DNA of 64,000 nucleotides from Mycoplasmatota bacterium (GTDB lineage: Bacteria; Bacillota_I; Bacilli_A; MAG-NZ), in the NCBI GenBank assembly GCA_018394315.1, contig CP074575.1, positions 248,001-312,000 of the forward strand, given 5' to 3'. How positions within the stretch are numbered: position 1 is the first letter of the stretch; each line of letters opens with the position of its first letter. A model generated the notes under the pieces. That model worked only from the letters and a program-made list of their open reading frames with translations, was not told where the DNA came from and made no database searches. The translations under genes were made by a program, and so were the position numbers. Of this stretch, positions 39,226 to 49,743 are shown piece after piece.

Positions 39226-40266
39226 CTAAGTACTAATACTTGAGTCATTTATTGTTTTGTATCCGTATAAATATAAAATTTCCGCTTCAGAACTCACATA
39301 CTCCATTGCATATGAAATTCCCATTAATCTTAAATCCATTACTGTTATCTTATGGTAATGTTGAGCTAAGAATGGTGCAATACTTGTTCCATATGAATCC
39401 GAGAATATTACTAACTCACCTTCCTCAACTTGATCATTTATTATAGTAGTTATAGGTTTATTCCCATCTAAATAAACAGAATATTTGTCTTCTATAAGTA
39501 AATTTTCATTAAAGTAAACACCATCTCGACACTCATATGAATTACTACTTAGACTACATATTTCTAGATTATCTATTATTTCGTTACTAGCAATATACAT
39601 ATCATCCTTAATAAACAAGTTCATTGCTTTGTTAGAGTAATAACCTTGAAAATCTTCACTCACTTTTACAAAATCTACTTCTATTGGGTTATCAACTAGC
39701 GTTTTATATATATTGTAAGATCCCTTATGAGTAAGATGTAAATCTGTCTTATAATAGTCTTCTAAGGATAAAGAATTATACATAAATGAGTAATCTGAAA
39801 AATAAGTCTCTATATCCGTAGGTTCTATATGTAAATATTCATTGCCTAAGTACATACTTTTTTCTGGAATAATAACTACTCTTGAAGTGTTTTTAAACAT
39901 CATCTGCATATTGCTTATTTTCTCTAAGAAATTATCAATACCTATATTATCTATTGGGTAAACATGATCAAACATTACTCCATCCACAAGATAAATATTA
40001 TTATTAATAGGATTATTAAATACATTATAAGAAACCCAAGATTTAACAGCGCTCAAATTATCTCTGATAAAGAATTGGTCCTCAACATAATCATTTAATC
40101 TATTAGCAAATTCACCACTAAAAAATCCTTTTAGAGAAATTTCTGGAAACATTTGCAGGCGTCTCTTCTCTCGATCGCTTACTTCGTTATCTTGAGCTAT
40201 AACGTCTAGAACAAGTATAGTCGTTGTTATTACAATGAGTTGTAAAGCTATCCATATCTTTTTCAT
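39226..40266 (-). CDS. DHHW-family (AlgJ-like) O-acetylation protein
   Basis: YYKTDLHLT (variant of DHHW) and DSYG. Coupled to an MBOAT gene. Confidence 0.8.
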   Translation of the reverse strand: MKKIWIALQLIVITTTILVLDVIAQDNEVSDREKRRLQMFPEISLKGFFSGEFANRLNDYVEDQFFIRDNLSAVKSWVSYNVFNNPINNNIYLVDGVMFDHVYPIDNIGIDNFLEKISNMQMMFKNTSRVVIIPEKSMYLGNEYLHIEPTDIETYFSDYSFMYNSLSLEDYYKTDLHLTHKGSYNIYKTLVDNPIEVDFVKVSEDFQGYYSNKAMNLFIKDDMYIASNEIIDNLEICSLSSNSYECRDGVYFNENLLIEDKYSVYLDGNKPITTIINDQVEEGELVIFSDSYGTSIAPFLAQHYHKITVMDLRLMGISYAMEYVSSEAEILYLYGYKTINDSSIST

Positions 40267-40274
40267 GCTCTCAC

Positions 40275-41636
40275 CTAAAATCTAAAATATATAAATGGAC
40301 TAAATGAAGAATCCACTATAAAACTAACTGTAACAATAAATAATATTACGTATAAAGCTATCTTTAATTTGTAAGGTACTCTTATATGTTTAATTACAGG
40401 TAGCGAACAAATCAATGAAATAATCAAAATAATTAAGTACTGTCTAAAATAAAATATAGACTCTTCATTAAAAAGTGGAACATCAATACCAAGCATACCT
40501 TTATAAACTATGATTTGTTTAGATAAATCTTCTAGTGAGAAGATCACCCAACCAAACAGCACAACTAATAGAGTATATATATGTCTTATTAAAGCTGGAA
40601 CTTTATCAAGTATATTCTTAAGCAATGTCTTTTCCATGACTATAAAGAATCCAAAATAAATTCCCCATAATATATAATTCCAACTAGCTCCATGCCATAA
40701 ACCTGTTAATAGCCATACTATTAATAGATTTCTAACAACCTTATTTTTACTTACCTTACTTCCTCCAAGTGGAAAATATAAGTAGTCCTTAAACCAGTTC
40801 CCTAATGATATGTGCCATCTTCGCCAAAATTCTGAAATTGATTTCGAAATATAAGGGTAATTAAAGTTCTCTAGTAAATCAAATCCAAACATTTTTCCTA
40901 GTCCAATCGCCATATCGCTATATCCTGAGAAATCAAAATAGATTTGTAACGCAAAAGCGATAATAGCTAACCAATATCCCAATACACTACCCTCAGTCTT
41001 AAGTAATGTCACATTTAACAAGGCCATCTGATCAGCAAGTAATACTTTTTTACTAAGACCCATTATAAATCTCTTCATACCTTCTTCAATATTGATCAAG
41101 GAATGCTTTCTAGTCTTAATTTGCTTCTCAACATCAATATAACGAACTATAGGTCCTGCTATTAACTGAGGAAACATTGACACATACATCGTGAAGTCAA
41201 TATATCTTTTCTGAGGTTCTACTCTTTTTCTATATACATCTATGGTATAACTAAGCGTTTGAAAGGAATAGAAACTTATCCCAATCGGTAATGGTAAATC
41301 CATTAGATTTATTGACAAACCAGTAAGAGAGTTTACATTCGCAATAAGAAAGTCTCCATATTTAAAGAAGCCTAATAAACCCAGATTCATTACGACAGAG
41401 ACTAATAAATAAATTTTTCTCTTAAACTCATTATCTTCTTCACCCAACTTTTTACTTAATAGAAAATCAATAGAACTACTAAATAATAATAGGATTATAT
41501 ATACAGGTTCACCAAATGCATAAAAGAATAGACTAGCAATAAGTAACACAATATTTCTGTAATTCTTCAATTTGTAATACGCTATTAATACAATAGGTAA
41601 GAAATATATAATAAACAATAGACTACTAAAAACCAT
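40275..41636 (-). CDS. MBOAT O-acyltransferase (AlgI/PatA-like)
   Basis: LPIGISFY, DFSGYSDMA, FWRRWHISL and GLWHGA. Confidence 0.94.
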   Translation of the reverse strand: MVFSSLLFIIYFLPIVLIAYYKLKNYRNIVLLIASLFFYAFGEPVYIILLLFSSSIDFLLSKKLGEEDNEFKRKIYLLVSVVMNLGLLGFFKYGDFLIANVNSLTGLSINLMDLPLPIGISFYSFQTLSYTIDVYRKRVEPQKRYIDFTMYVSMFPQLIAGPIVRYIDVEKQIKTRKHSLINIEEGMKRFIMGLSKKVLLADQMALLNVTLLKTEGSVLGYWLAIIAFALQIYFDFSGYSDMAIGLGKMFGFDLLENFNYPYISKSISEFWRRWHISLGNWFKDYLYFPLGGSKVSKNKVVRNLLIVWLLTGLWHGASWNYILWGIYFGFFIVMEKTLLKNILDKVPALIRHIYTLLVVLFGWVIFSLEDLSKQIIVYKGMLGIDVPLFNEESIFYFRQYLIILIISLICSLPVIKHIRVPYKLKIALYVILFIVTVSFIVDSSFSPFIYFRF

Positions 41637-41687
41637 AATTAAACTCCTTTTTGAAACAAATAGTCTTGTTCAACAAGACTAAATATT

Positions 41688-42674
41688 TTATAAATCTAAT
41701 GCTTCAAATGCTTCAACTAACTCAAGTGATTCTTCAATTCCAGCAAATAGTACATAATTACCATTTACACCAATTTCAAACCCATCTATCGGAGTCTCAG
41801 TCCAGCTAAAGTGATTTACTAACTCTGGTAATTTTTCAACAATTAAATCAATTTCTTCTTCTCCACTTAACTGAACCATAAATACTAGTTTATCAAATGA
41901 TGATACATCTTGATTCATAACAGCATTTAAGTAAGTCTCTAATATAATTTCTTCATCTTTACTGATTATGTCTTCAACTTGTTTCTTTTCAAATTCGTTA
42001 CTTGAATAAACTTGTAATCCAGGTAACATTGTAAGCCCTGCGTTTATATAACTTCTTGATAATACACTTAATGATGATTTGTTTGATATTTCATCAACGG
42101 GTCTTTCTAATTCCATCCCTAAAAATGCATCTACTAAAGATTGGTGTTCTTCCATTCCAGCAAATAATAAATAGTTTCCATTTACTGCTATTTGATATTC
42201 ATCAATTCTTACACAAATCTTATAAGTTGATAAATTTTCTAACGCTGCTTCTATTTCTTCATGTAATGAATCATCACTTAATTGAATAACCATAACTGTT
42301 CTAGCATCTGTCATCATCATTGGTGCTGCTAACGCACCGTCAACTAAATTAGTAATCTCAATACCTTCTCCAGTTATAGCATTTGTCAATAATCTTTCAA
42401 TACCTAAAATTGATTCTTCATCATTTCCATATGAAGATAAACTAGAGAACATTTCAACTTCTGCTAATTCAAATACCTCAGTCAAGATTTCCAAAGCACT
42501 TTTTGGTACCATTTCAACTTCCGGTTCCGGATCTGGCTCTGGGTCTGGATCAATGTCCGGATCTGGGTCTGGATCAGGATCAACAATCGGATTATCAATT
42601 TCTGGATCATTATCTACAGTTCCACACCCCACAACTATAAAACTCAACATTAATAATAATAATAATTTTTTCAT
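41688..42674 (-). CDS. Lipoprotein with Asp/Glu-Pro linker and two similar domains
   Basis: Lipobox VVGC, a (DP/EP)n tract, and a repeated VNGNY(L/V)LFAG motif. Confidence 0.8.
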   Translation of the reverse strand: MKKLLLLLMLSFIVVGCGTVDNDPEIDNPIVDPDPDPDPDIDPDPEPDPEPEVEMVPKSALEILTEVFELAEVEMFSSLSSYGNDEESILGIERLLTNAITGEGIEITNLVDGALAAPMMMTDARTVMVIQLSDDSLHEEIEAALENLSTYKICVRIDEYQIAVNGNYLLFAGMEEHQSLVDAFLGMELERPVDEISNKSSLSVLSRSYINAGLTMLPGLQVYSSNEFEKKQVEDIISKDEEIILETYLNAVMNQDVSSFDKLVFMVQLSGEEEIDLIVEKLPELVNHFSWTETPIDGFEIGVNGNYVLFAGIEESLELVEAFEALDL

Positions 42675-42933
42675 CTTCTTCCTCCTACCTAAACCATTTT
42701 AGCAGTATAGATTCCAATTACAACTGTTTTCCTATAACTTACATAATAACGAGAATAAAATGCAATTTTAGGCATTATTGTAAAAGAAAATTTATAGAAA
42801 TTAATTATATTTTTCATATATAAACGTGACTTTTTTCATAAAAAAAATGCACTTTTTGGGTGCACTTTCTATTCCATTGTGATAATTCATATATCATAAA
42901 ACAGATTTGATAACTTGTACAATTATTTTCCCA

Positions 42934-43824
42934 TTAAATTTTCTTTACAGGCAGCCACACTTCTGAATACTCTAATTTATTCACACTAGATCCATAAAGT
43001 TCAAGATTTGGTCCATCAATAATTTCATATCCTGAGTTAGGTAACCACTCAGAATAGATTCTTCTCCATAAGTCTTGAATCTTAATAACAGTTTCATCAG
43101 ATTTATGGTCTTCTGTCCTAAATATTGCCCAAGTCAATGATTCAATATCTACTTTAAGATAACCATCTGTATTGCATAGATCATCTACAAATGCTCCTAT
43201 TAAGTAAGGAAAAGTGTCCTTTCCTGTGTCTCTATAGCACATAATTGCGTTTACTTGAGTTATCCCTTGGTATGAACCATCAAGCTTCATGTTTGTGGAC
43301 TCTAACAATCTCCTAAACGACCCATCTTCCATAGTGTCATCCCAAAACTGTGGAATCGTTTTATAGTTTTCTCCTTTAACGGTATTAATAACTCTCTCAA
43401 TACCATACATAGAAAAAGATTCCTTTTTTACAATCTTATAATTCATCTCAACATCTCCTTTAATATTAATTTGAAATGATATTCGTGAATATAACTTTAA
43501 TTGTGTATCCTCTCTTTTTGCTGTTGATGGATTTACTCCATGAAGCTTAGTAAAAGCCCTTGTAAACGAATCTGGAGAACTATACCCATATTTAAGAGCT
43601 ACATCGATTACTTTCGCATTACTTTGAAGTTCAAATGCAGCTTGAGTTAATCTTCTTCTCCTTATATACTCAATTAAAGTAATATCAGTAAGTATCGCAA
43701 ACATACTCTGGAAATGATATGCACTGATGTACGCCTCCTTCGCAATTTCATCAACACTTAATTCCTTATCTAAATTGTTCTCGATGTAGTCTAGAGCTCT
43801 ATTTAACCTTTTAATCAGGTTCAC
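42934..43824 (-). CDS. AraC-family regulator with GyrI-like effector domain
   Basis: EYIRRRRLT, YGYSSPDSFTRAF, IYSEWLP and EVWLPV. Confidence 0.93.
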   Translation of the reverse strand: MNLIKRLNRALDYIENNLDKELSVDEIAKEAYISAYHFQSMFAILTDITLIEYIRRRRLTQAAFELQSNAKVIDVALKYGYSSPDSFTRAFTKLHGVNPSTAKREDTQLKLYSRISFQINIKGDVEMNYKIVKKESFSMYGIERVINTVKGENYKTIPQFWDDTMEDGSFRRLLESTNMKLDGSYQGITQVNAIMCYRDTGKDTFPYLIGAFVDDLCNTDGYLKVDIESLTWAIFRTEDHKSDETVIKIQDLWRRIYSEWLPNSGYEIIDGPNLELYGSSVNKLEYSEVWLPVKKI

Positions 43825-43915
43825 AAAATCACCTCTCATAAATTTTATCTTACCTAATGAATCGAATCCCGATAATTTCCAATCAATAAATGTCGTATTA
43901 AGAAAATAAATTCAT

Positions 43916-44359
43916 CTACTTATCATTTACTAAATCTATAAATTTTTTGTACCAAAAACTAGTTTCTTTAAATGTATTAAAGTCTCCTTTTTCTATTTCT
44001 TCTAATGTAAACCACTTAGTTAACAACCCCTCTTCATTTGACAACTCTATATCAGAATTATCCACTACTCCTAAATATATAAAATCCATATGAATATGAT
44101 CTTCGTTTATATAGTTCTTTTGCATACCATATGGAACTAAAATATCCATTTCTCTAGGTAATTGTTCTCCAAGTAACTCAACTGTTAATCCAGTCTCTTC
44201 TTTTACTTCTCTTAAAGCCGCTTCAACAGGTCCTTCATTAGGTTCAATATGACCACCTGGAGGAATCCACTTATTAAGCTTTTTATGAAATATCATTAAG
44301 CATTTATTATATTTTCTATCAACTATGTAGGTTGTTACACAAAAATGTTTCTCCGTCAT
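43916..44359 (-). CDS. Nudix hydrolase
   Basis: GGHIEPNEGPVEAALREVKEETG. Confidence 0.93.
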   Translation of the reverse strand: MTEKHFCVTTYIVDRKYNKCLMIFHKKLNKWIPPGGHIEPNEGPVEAALREVKEETGLTVELLGEQLPREMDILVPYGMQKNYINEDHIHMDFIYLGVVDNSDIELSNEEGLLTKWFTLEEIEKGDFNTFKETSFWYKKFIDLVNDK

Positions 44360-44567
44360 GATTACCTCCTTAAATTACAATAATATTATACATATAATAA
44401 CTTTCTATAACTACCTAAAGTTACAAAAATTGTTGTAATCTCCTAAATTTAAGAATAAGTATTAAAACCCTATCCATCCACATCCCTTTAACACTTCACT
44501 TTTTAGTTATACTTTAATTTTTTCAGCGGGGATCTATAACTCAGCTAACTTCACACCAATTCAGTTG

Positions 44568-44650
44568 ACAAAAAAAAGGACATAGATTTCTCAATCTACA
44601 TCCTAAGTTTTAATCTATTAATGAGTTCATCTAAGGCTATGCCTAGAGTC
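44568..44650 (+). mobile_element. Degenerate right end of an ISL3 element
   Basis: ACAAAAAAAAGGACATAGATTTCTCAATCTACATCCTAA...TGAGTT...TAGAGTC parallels 52761-52846. Confidence 0.65.
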
Positions 44651-44670
44651 TCATTTGAGTTAATCTAATA

Positions 44671-45654
44671 TTAGTCTAAGATTGTATCCATATCGCTTAC
44701 TTTACGAGTTCCTTCGTATCCTAAGAAAGTAATAGGAGCATAAGCAGCATGTGAATAAATATCGAAGATATCAGCGTTCTCAGGTTTTGAGATTAATTTC
44801 ATGAAAGCAATTTGAAGAGATTCAGCTAGCTTAACATTTACATGTTTAGCAACTTGAATACCATCATTTGCAATTTGATCACTAACAGCAATTACATCAG
44901 TTAATCCAAAGATATCTCCTTCAGTAAATGAATTGTGCATACGAGCATCACCATATAATGCAGCAATATCACACGTTTCGGCTTCTATTTTAGCAATTGA
45001 GTTACCATATCCACCAGCATCACTTGCATTAGGCATATCAACTATACCTTTGCCAAAGTTTTCTTCTAACCATAGGTTTGGATAAATATAACTTGCACTT
45101 GAAGTTGCTCCACCTGTACAGAAAGCAGCATCTTTTAAATCATCCCAAGTAAGTTCTCCTCCGCCATTAATAATTCCAGCTAACTCTCTACCTTTTGGAG
45201 ATTGACCAGCAATAATTATTGATCTGTAAGTAGTTGCATTTTTAGAATTAGGAATTTCCATTGTTGCTAATCCATCATTCCAGTCTTGTGCAGTTGTAGA
45301 ATTCTTATTTAAACTATTTCTTGCAGCCGCCAAGATTGGCACTAAAGCGTCTTGATAAGTTACATAAGTTCCACCTGGTAAAAATACAACATCCGCAGTT
45401 CCAGCTCTTGCAGCTTCTGCAGCAGCAGCATAATCAGCGCTAACGTCAATATTTATACTCTCAAAATTATAATCCAAATTATTTAATTCCGTTTTAAGTT
45501 GTTCAGCCAAAGGTGCAGTCACTTCTAAAATATCGACAGCATCTCTCGATGGAACAAATACTACGTTCAGCTCAGTTAATTCTTCATCACTAGTACACGC
45601 AGTTAATGCGAAAATAAAGACAAATAATACTAAAATACTTGTTAACTTTTTCAT
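44671..45654 (-). CDS. phnD: Phosphonate/phosphate ABC substrate-binding lipoprotein
   Basis: Lipobox LTAC, FVPS, YRSII and TSSASYIYP. Downstream of phnCEE. Confidence 0.85.
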   Translation of the reverse strand: MKKLTSILVLFVFIFALTACTSDEELTELNVVFVPSRDAVDILEVTAPLAEQLKTELNNLDYNFESINIDVSADYAAAAEAARAGTADVVFLPGGTYVTYQDALVPILAAARNSLNKNSTTAQDWNDGLATMEIPNSKNATTYRSIIIAGQSPKGRELAGIINGGGELTWDDLKDAAFCTGGATSSASYIYPNLWLEENFGKGIVDMPNASDAGGYGNSIAKIEAETCDIAALYGDARMHNSFTEGDIFGLTDVIAVSDQIANDGIQVAKHVNVKLAESLQIAFMKLISKPENADIFDIYSHAAYAPITFLGYEGTRKVSDMDTILD

Positions 45655-46389
45655 TTTTCCTCCCCGAGCTATCTCTTCAGTATTAGGCGCTCACCCCCAA
45701 TAGACCAATTGTGGTTTCGAATTTAATTTATTATAATTAAATTATATACTAATCCCTTTATGTATGCAATAAGTATCATTTAAGTGCCAAATGCAAAAAA
45801 CATTTATTTATATCATTAGCAACAAATAATCGATGTAATCATAGAAGAAAACAGCCGATTTTCGCTTCATGGTTATTTGTATCCATACACATACTCAAAC
45901 AACAACATGTAGAATTTAGGTTTATCTAAATCAGCTTCAATTATCAAACAAAATCGCACCAAAACCAAAAATGTTCTTCGCTATGTGTCACAGTGGATTT
46001 GAAAAGACTGACAATATGTGGATCGTCCTAAATAGAAAGCAAAATCGGAAATAATATCGAACCAACCCTAGAGATTATTGCCTCAGTAAATAGCACTTAA
46101 AAAGAATTACAAGACTAGCTTGATATTGCTATATGAAAAATGAGCAAAGGCATTTTACTAATATCAAACTTGCTTCAAGCTAGACTTCATAAACGCTCAG
46201 TAATTAAATTCATCAATGATATTCAATTGAGTTTCAGCGAAGCAGATATTTCATGCAATTCATTAGCTAACGATGTCAAAGTCTTTAACAATGAAATAAG
46301 AAGTCATTTAGACATACGTCTATCCTAATACGTTGTTGGTATTGGAGATTGACGGAAAAACAAGCCTTAGTTTATTTAAGACTTTTCTT

Positions 46390-47211
46390 TTACGCTAATT
46401 TTTCTCTTATTACATTTGAGAAGAATTCAATAATTAATACCATTACTCCTAGTCCAATTAAATATGCACTAGCGTCACTAAATCTACCAGCACTTATAGC
46501 ATTTAATAATGGGCCACCAATACCACCAGCACCAACTAAACCTAGTACGGCAGCATTTTTAACATTAATTTCAAAACGATAAATTGCTGTTGATAAAAAC
46601 TGAGCTGTCAACTGTGGAATAATCCCAAATCTTATTTTTTGGAAAGTACTACATCCTGTAGCATCCAATGCCTCGAGAACGTTTTTGTTTATTCCCTCGA
46701 TTGCTTCTACATAGAGTTTTGTCATCATTCCAATCGATGTAATACCCATCGTTATAACTCCCGCAAAAGGACCAAAACCTGTAATTTTTATAACCGCAAC
46801 CCCAATAACGAATACTGGAAAAACACGAATTCCTGTTATCGTACCTTGGAAAAACAAATTCACAAATTTAGGCATTATATTTCTCGCCGCTAAAAATGCA
46901 ATTGGTATTGCCATTAAAGCTCCAAAAATAGTACCCAAAAAAGCAATCGCTAGTGTTTCTAATCCTAAAACTCTAACACTATAAGCATTATCTCCAAATA
47001 AAATTATTTTATTGGGTTCTAAAAAACTCCCTAACAATCTCATCGCAACTTCGAAACCTTTACCGTTAAAGCCGTCAAAGGAAATGCCCATTATCGACCA
47101 TAAAACTAAAATAATTACTGCCACAAAACTAATTATCTTTGCTCTAGACATCTTCGGAGCGTTGTTATATTGAGATATTACATTCTCGTTTACAATATGT
47201 TTTTCATTCAT
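46390..47211 (-). CDS. phnE: Phosphonate ABC permease
   Basis: ETLAIAFLGT, YRFEINVK and GLVGAGGIG. Confidence 0.9.
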   Translation of the reverse strand: MNEKHIVNENVISQYNNAPKMSRAKIISFVAVIILVLWSIMGISFDGFNGKGFEVAMRLLGSFLEPNKIILFGDNAYSVRVLGLETLAIAFLGTIFGALMAIPIAFLAARNIMPKFVNLFFQGTITGIRVFPVFVIGVAVIKITGFGPFAGVITMGITSIGMMTKLYVEAIEGINKNVLEALDATGCSTFQKIRFGIIPQLTAQFLSTAIYRFEINVKNAAVLGLVGAGGIGGPLLNAISAGRFSDASAYLIGLGVMVLIIEFFSNVIREKLA

Positions 47212-48128
47212 TAAGCCAACCTCCTTCTAATAGCTTTACTTACCGCTTCTATAGAAAGAATGGCTACAAATACAACAAGCAAAATCATCCCAGATTGTTC
47301 GTAGTTATCACTTTGCAATGTTCTTTTTAAGATAACACCTATCCCCCCAGCACCAACGTATCCTAAAATAGTTGAATGGCGAATGTTGATATCGAAACAA
47401 TACAATGAATATGAATAATACACAGAAATAATTTCTGGCAAAATCGCAGTGGTAAACGCTTTGAGTTTTGTTACTCCTGTACTCTCTATAGCTTCAAATG
47501 CTCCTAAATCAAGAGTCTCGATATATTCATATAACATTTTTGTTAAAATACTAAAAGTAAATATACTTACAGCTATAGTTCCTGTCAATGGTCCACTTCC
47601 GGCTGCAAAAAGCAACAAAATTATTTGTGCGTAAACTAACATCGGGAATGTTCTTAATAAAGATAAAGACGCTTTTACGATATTAATAAAAAACATCGCG
47701 ACCTTAGTATCTTTATGCAAATTTGCACTAATAAAATAAGCAACAGGTAAAGATGCTATTGCACCAACAAAAGTTCCTAATAGCGCCATTCTTATAGTTT
47801 CAATCACCTTTAGAATAACTTCTGGATAATAACTGAAATCAGGTTTGAATATTCTTGATGTAAATTCAAAGATATTGGTGAAATTCTTAAAGAGTAAAAT
47901 GATATTAAACTCAGTAATATTAACGAAATATAAAATAATAATTAATAAAATAATCGATACATAAATGCTAGTACTTCTTGGTGGATCTACTTTAGTTCCA
48001 TCAGCAAGAACTACTTGCTTAGGCTTTGGAAGGATTCGGTCAATCACTGATGCGACGCTTTTCCAATTTTTCAAAAATGACTGCTTAAAACTCTTTGACT
48101 CATTCTTGCTACTAGATGTTTTTCTCAT
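47211..48128 (-). CDS. phnE: Phosphonate ABC permease
   Basis: ETIRMALLGT and FDINIRHSTILGYVGAGGIG. Confidence 0.9.
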   Translation of the reverse strand: MRKTSSSKNESKSFKQSFLKNWKSVASVIDRILPKPKQVVLADGTKVDPPRSTSIYVSIILLIIILYFVNITEFNIILLFKNFTNIFEFTSRIFKPDFSYYPEVILKVIETIRMALLGTFVGAIASLPVAYFISANLHKDTKVAMFFINIVKASLSLLRTFPMLVYAQIILLLFAAGSGPLTGTIAVSIFTFSILTKMLYEYIETLDLGAFEAIESTGVTKLKAFTTAILPEIISVYYSYSLYCFDINIRHSTILGYVGAGGIGVILKRTLQSDNYEQSGMILLVVFVAILSIEAVSKAIRRRLA

Positions 48129-48129
48129 A

Positions 48130-48897
48130 TTACTCACCTATGTAGTCATCATCTGTCAATTTTCTACCATAAACATGCGTCAAGATATCATCATCAACCT
48201 CTTCAACTGGTCCATCAAACACTATCCTACCATCACGAACACCAATTACTCTAGTTGCATACTGTAAAGCTAAATCCACATGATGCATGTTCGCAATAAT
48301 CGAGATTTTTTCTTGTTGATTTATATTTTTAAAATCATCCATTACTTGCTTAGCTGTAATCGGATCCAATGAAGCAACTGGTTCATCCGCTAAAATCACG
48401 TTAGGCTCTTGAGCAACAGTTCTTGCTAATGCAACACGTTGTTGTTGCCCTCCAGATAATTGGTCAGCTCTTATATAAGCTTTTTCTAAAATGTCTACTT
48501 TATTTAAAGCCTCTAAAGCTAGAATCTTATCTTTTTTAGAGTAAATACCTAATATCGTTTTCCAAAGTGGCATACCTGCAACTCTTGATGCTAAAACATT
48601 TCTTAAAACAGTTGTTTTACTAATTAAATTGAATGATTGAAAAACCATCCCTATCTTACGTTTGTAATCTCTTAATTCCTTGCCATGTAATGTATCTGGG
48701 TTAACACCATTAACAATTAATACACCTTCTGTTACATCGAGTATTTTATTTATGCATTTTAATAAGGTCGATTTACCTGCACCAGATAGTCCAATGATTG
48801 TAACAAATTCCCCTTGCTCAATTGTTGTACTAACATCTCTTAAAGCCACTGTTCCATTATCATACGTTTTACCAACGTTTTTAAAAATTATTGACAT
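48130..48897 (-). CDS. phnC: Phosphonate ABC ATP-binding protein
   Basis: GLSGAGKST, LSGGQQQRV and ADEPVASLDP. Confidence 0.92.
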   Translation of the reverse strand: MSIIFKNVGKTYDNGTVALRDVSTTIEQGEFVTIIGLSGAGKSTLLKCINKILDVTEGVLIVNGVNPDTLHGKELRDYKRKIGMVFQSFNLISKTTVLRNVLASRVAGMPLWKTILGIYSKKDKILALEALNKVDILEKAYIRADQLSGGQQQRVALARTVAQEPNVILADEPVASLDPITAKQVMDDFKNINQQEKISIIANMHHVDLALQYATRVIGVRDGRIVFDGPVEEVDDDILTHVYGRKLTDDDYIGE

Positions 48898-49166
48898 TAA
48901 CACTACCTCTTCTCTTAAATAATTATTTAGTATCTAGGTCATCTGCACAACCAATAATAAATAACATGTTATGTAACTAATTATCATTTTTTTCTTTTGA
49001 TAATTCCCTGAAGATATTCGATCCCAACCCTACTAATCATTCATTTTAATAATCTTGGATGTTTAGTCAGAGGACTTATTTATAGAATTGGAAGAACTAA
49101 TCTGACAAAGTTTCTCTCCCAATTAGATATTCAAGCAGTAATAACAATTCATATAAAGTATCTAAC

Positions 49167-49533
49167 TGTAAAATGGCAACCTAAAATCGTATGAAAAAGT
49201 GAATTAAATATACAATGTCGTTCTGTCTTTTTGTCTACTCAAATCAACAATAAGTTAGATGATGTATTAAATTATTACGATGAATGGAGAATAATGCCTG
49301 TCTCAAGCCACTAATATGGTTTCTAATATACTCTTTCAAAAGAAAAAAGTATTTAAATCCTATAAACCAATTTGTGATTGATAGATACCATGCCCCACCA
49401 AGAACATATAAAGTAACTAATGAATCACTCGTTAGTTATAAGGGTAGTAAATACTCTGTACCTGTAGATTATATGTTTAAAGAAGTTACAATCGATCTTA
49501 GAGATTTTATACATTCTCTCATGGACATTTACA
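49167..49533 (+). mobile_element. Internally deleted IS21-family element
   Basis: Imperfect IRs TGTAAAATGGCAAC and ATGGACATTTACA, enclosing an IstA-like fragment YKVTNESLVSYKGSKYSVPVDY. Confidence 0.65.
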
Positions 49534-49628
49534 CGAAGTAAACATTTATTTTTTTCTCCGCCACAAGCAGCTAATGTTAAAACTAAAATAATAGCAACTA
49601 CAAGTGTAAAAATTGTTCCATTCTTCAA
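49534..49628 (-). pseudogene. Lipoprotein gene start interrupted by the IS21 relic
   Basis: MKNGTIFTLVVAIILVLTLAAC signal peptide and lipobox. The frame runs into the IS end. Confidence 0.5.
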
Positions 49629-49743
49629 TCTTTTATTTTCCTTATTTTACCATAATTTGACCCAATTTTCAAATTTTTCATGCTATAATAGACAAAAAAC
49701 AACATAAATTCCTATTTTAGGATAAAATTTAACAGGTGATAAC

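Noticed and set aside
42520..42610. Short tandem repeats
   Set aside because: They encode the Asp/Glu-Pro linker of a lipoprotein.
45840..46330. IS110-like transposase relic, including ORF 46140-46328
   Set aside because: Only vague resemblance (KSASIIKQNRTKT) across broken frames, too weak without a search.
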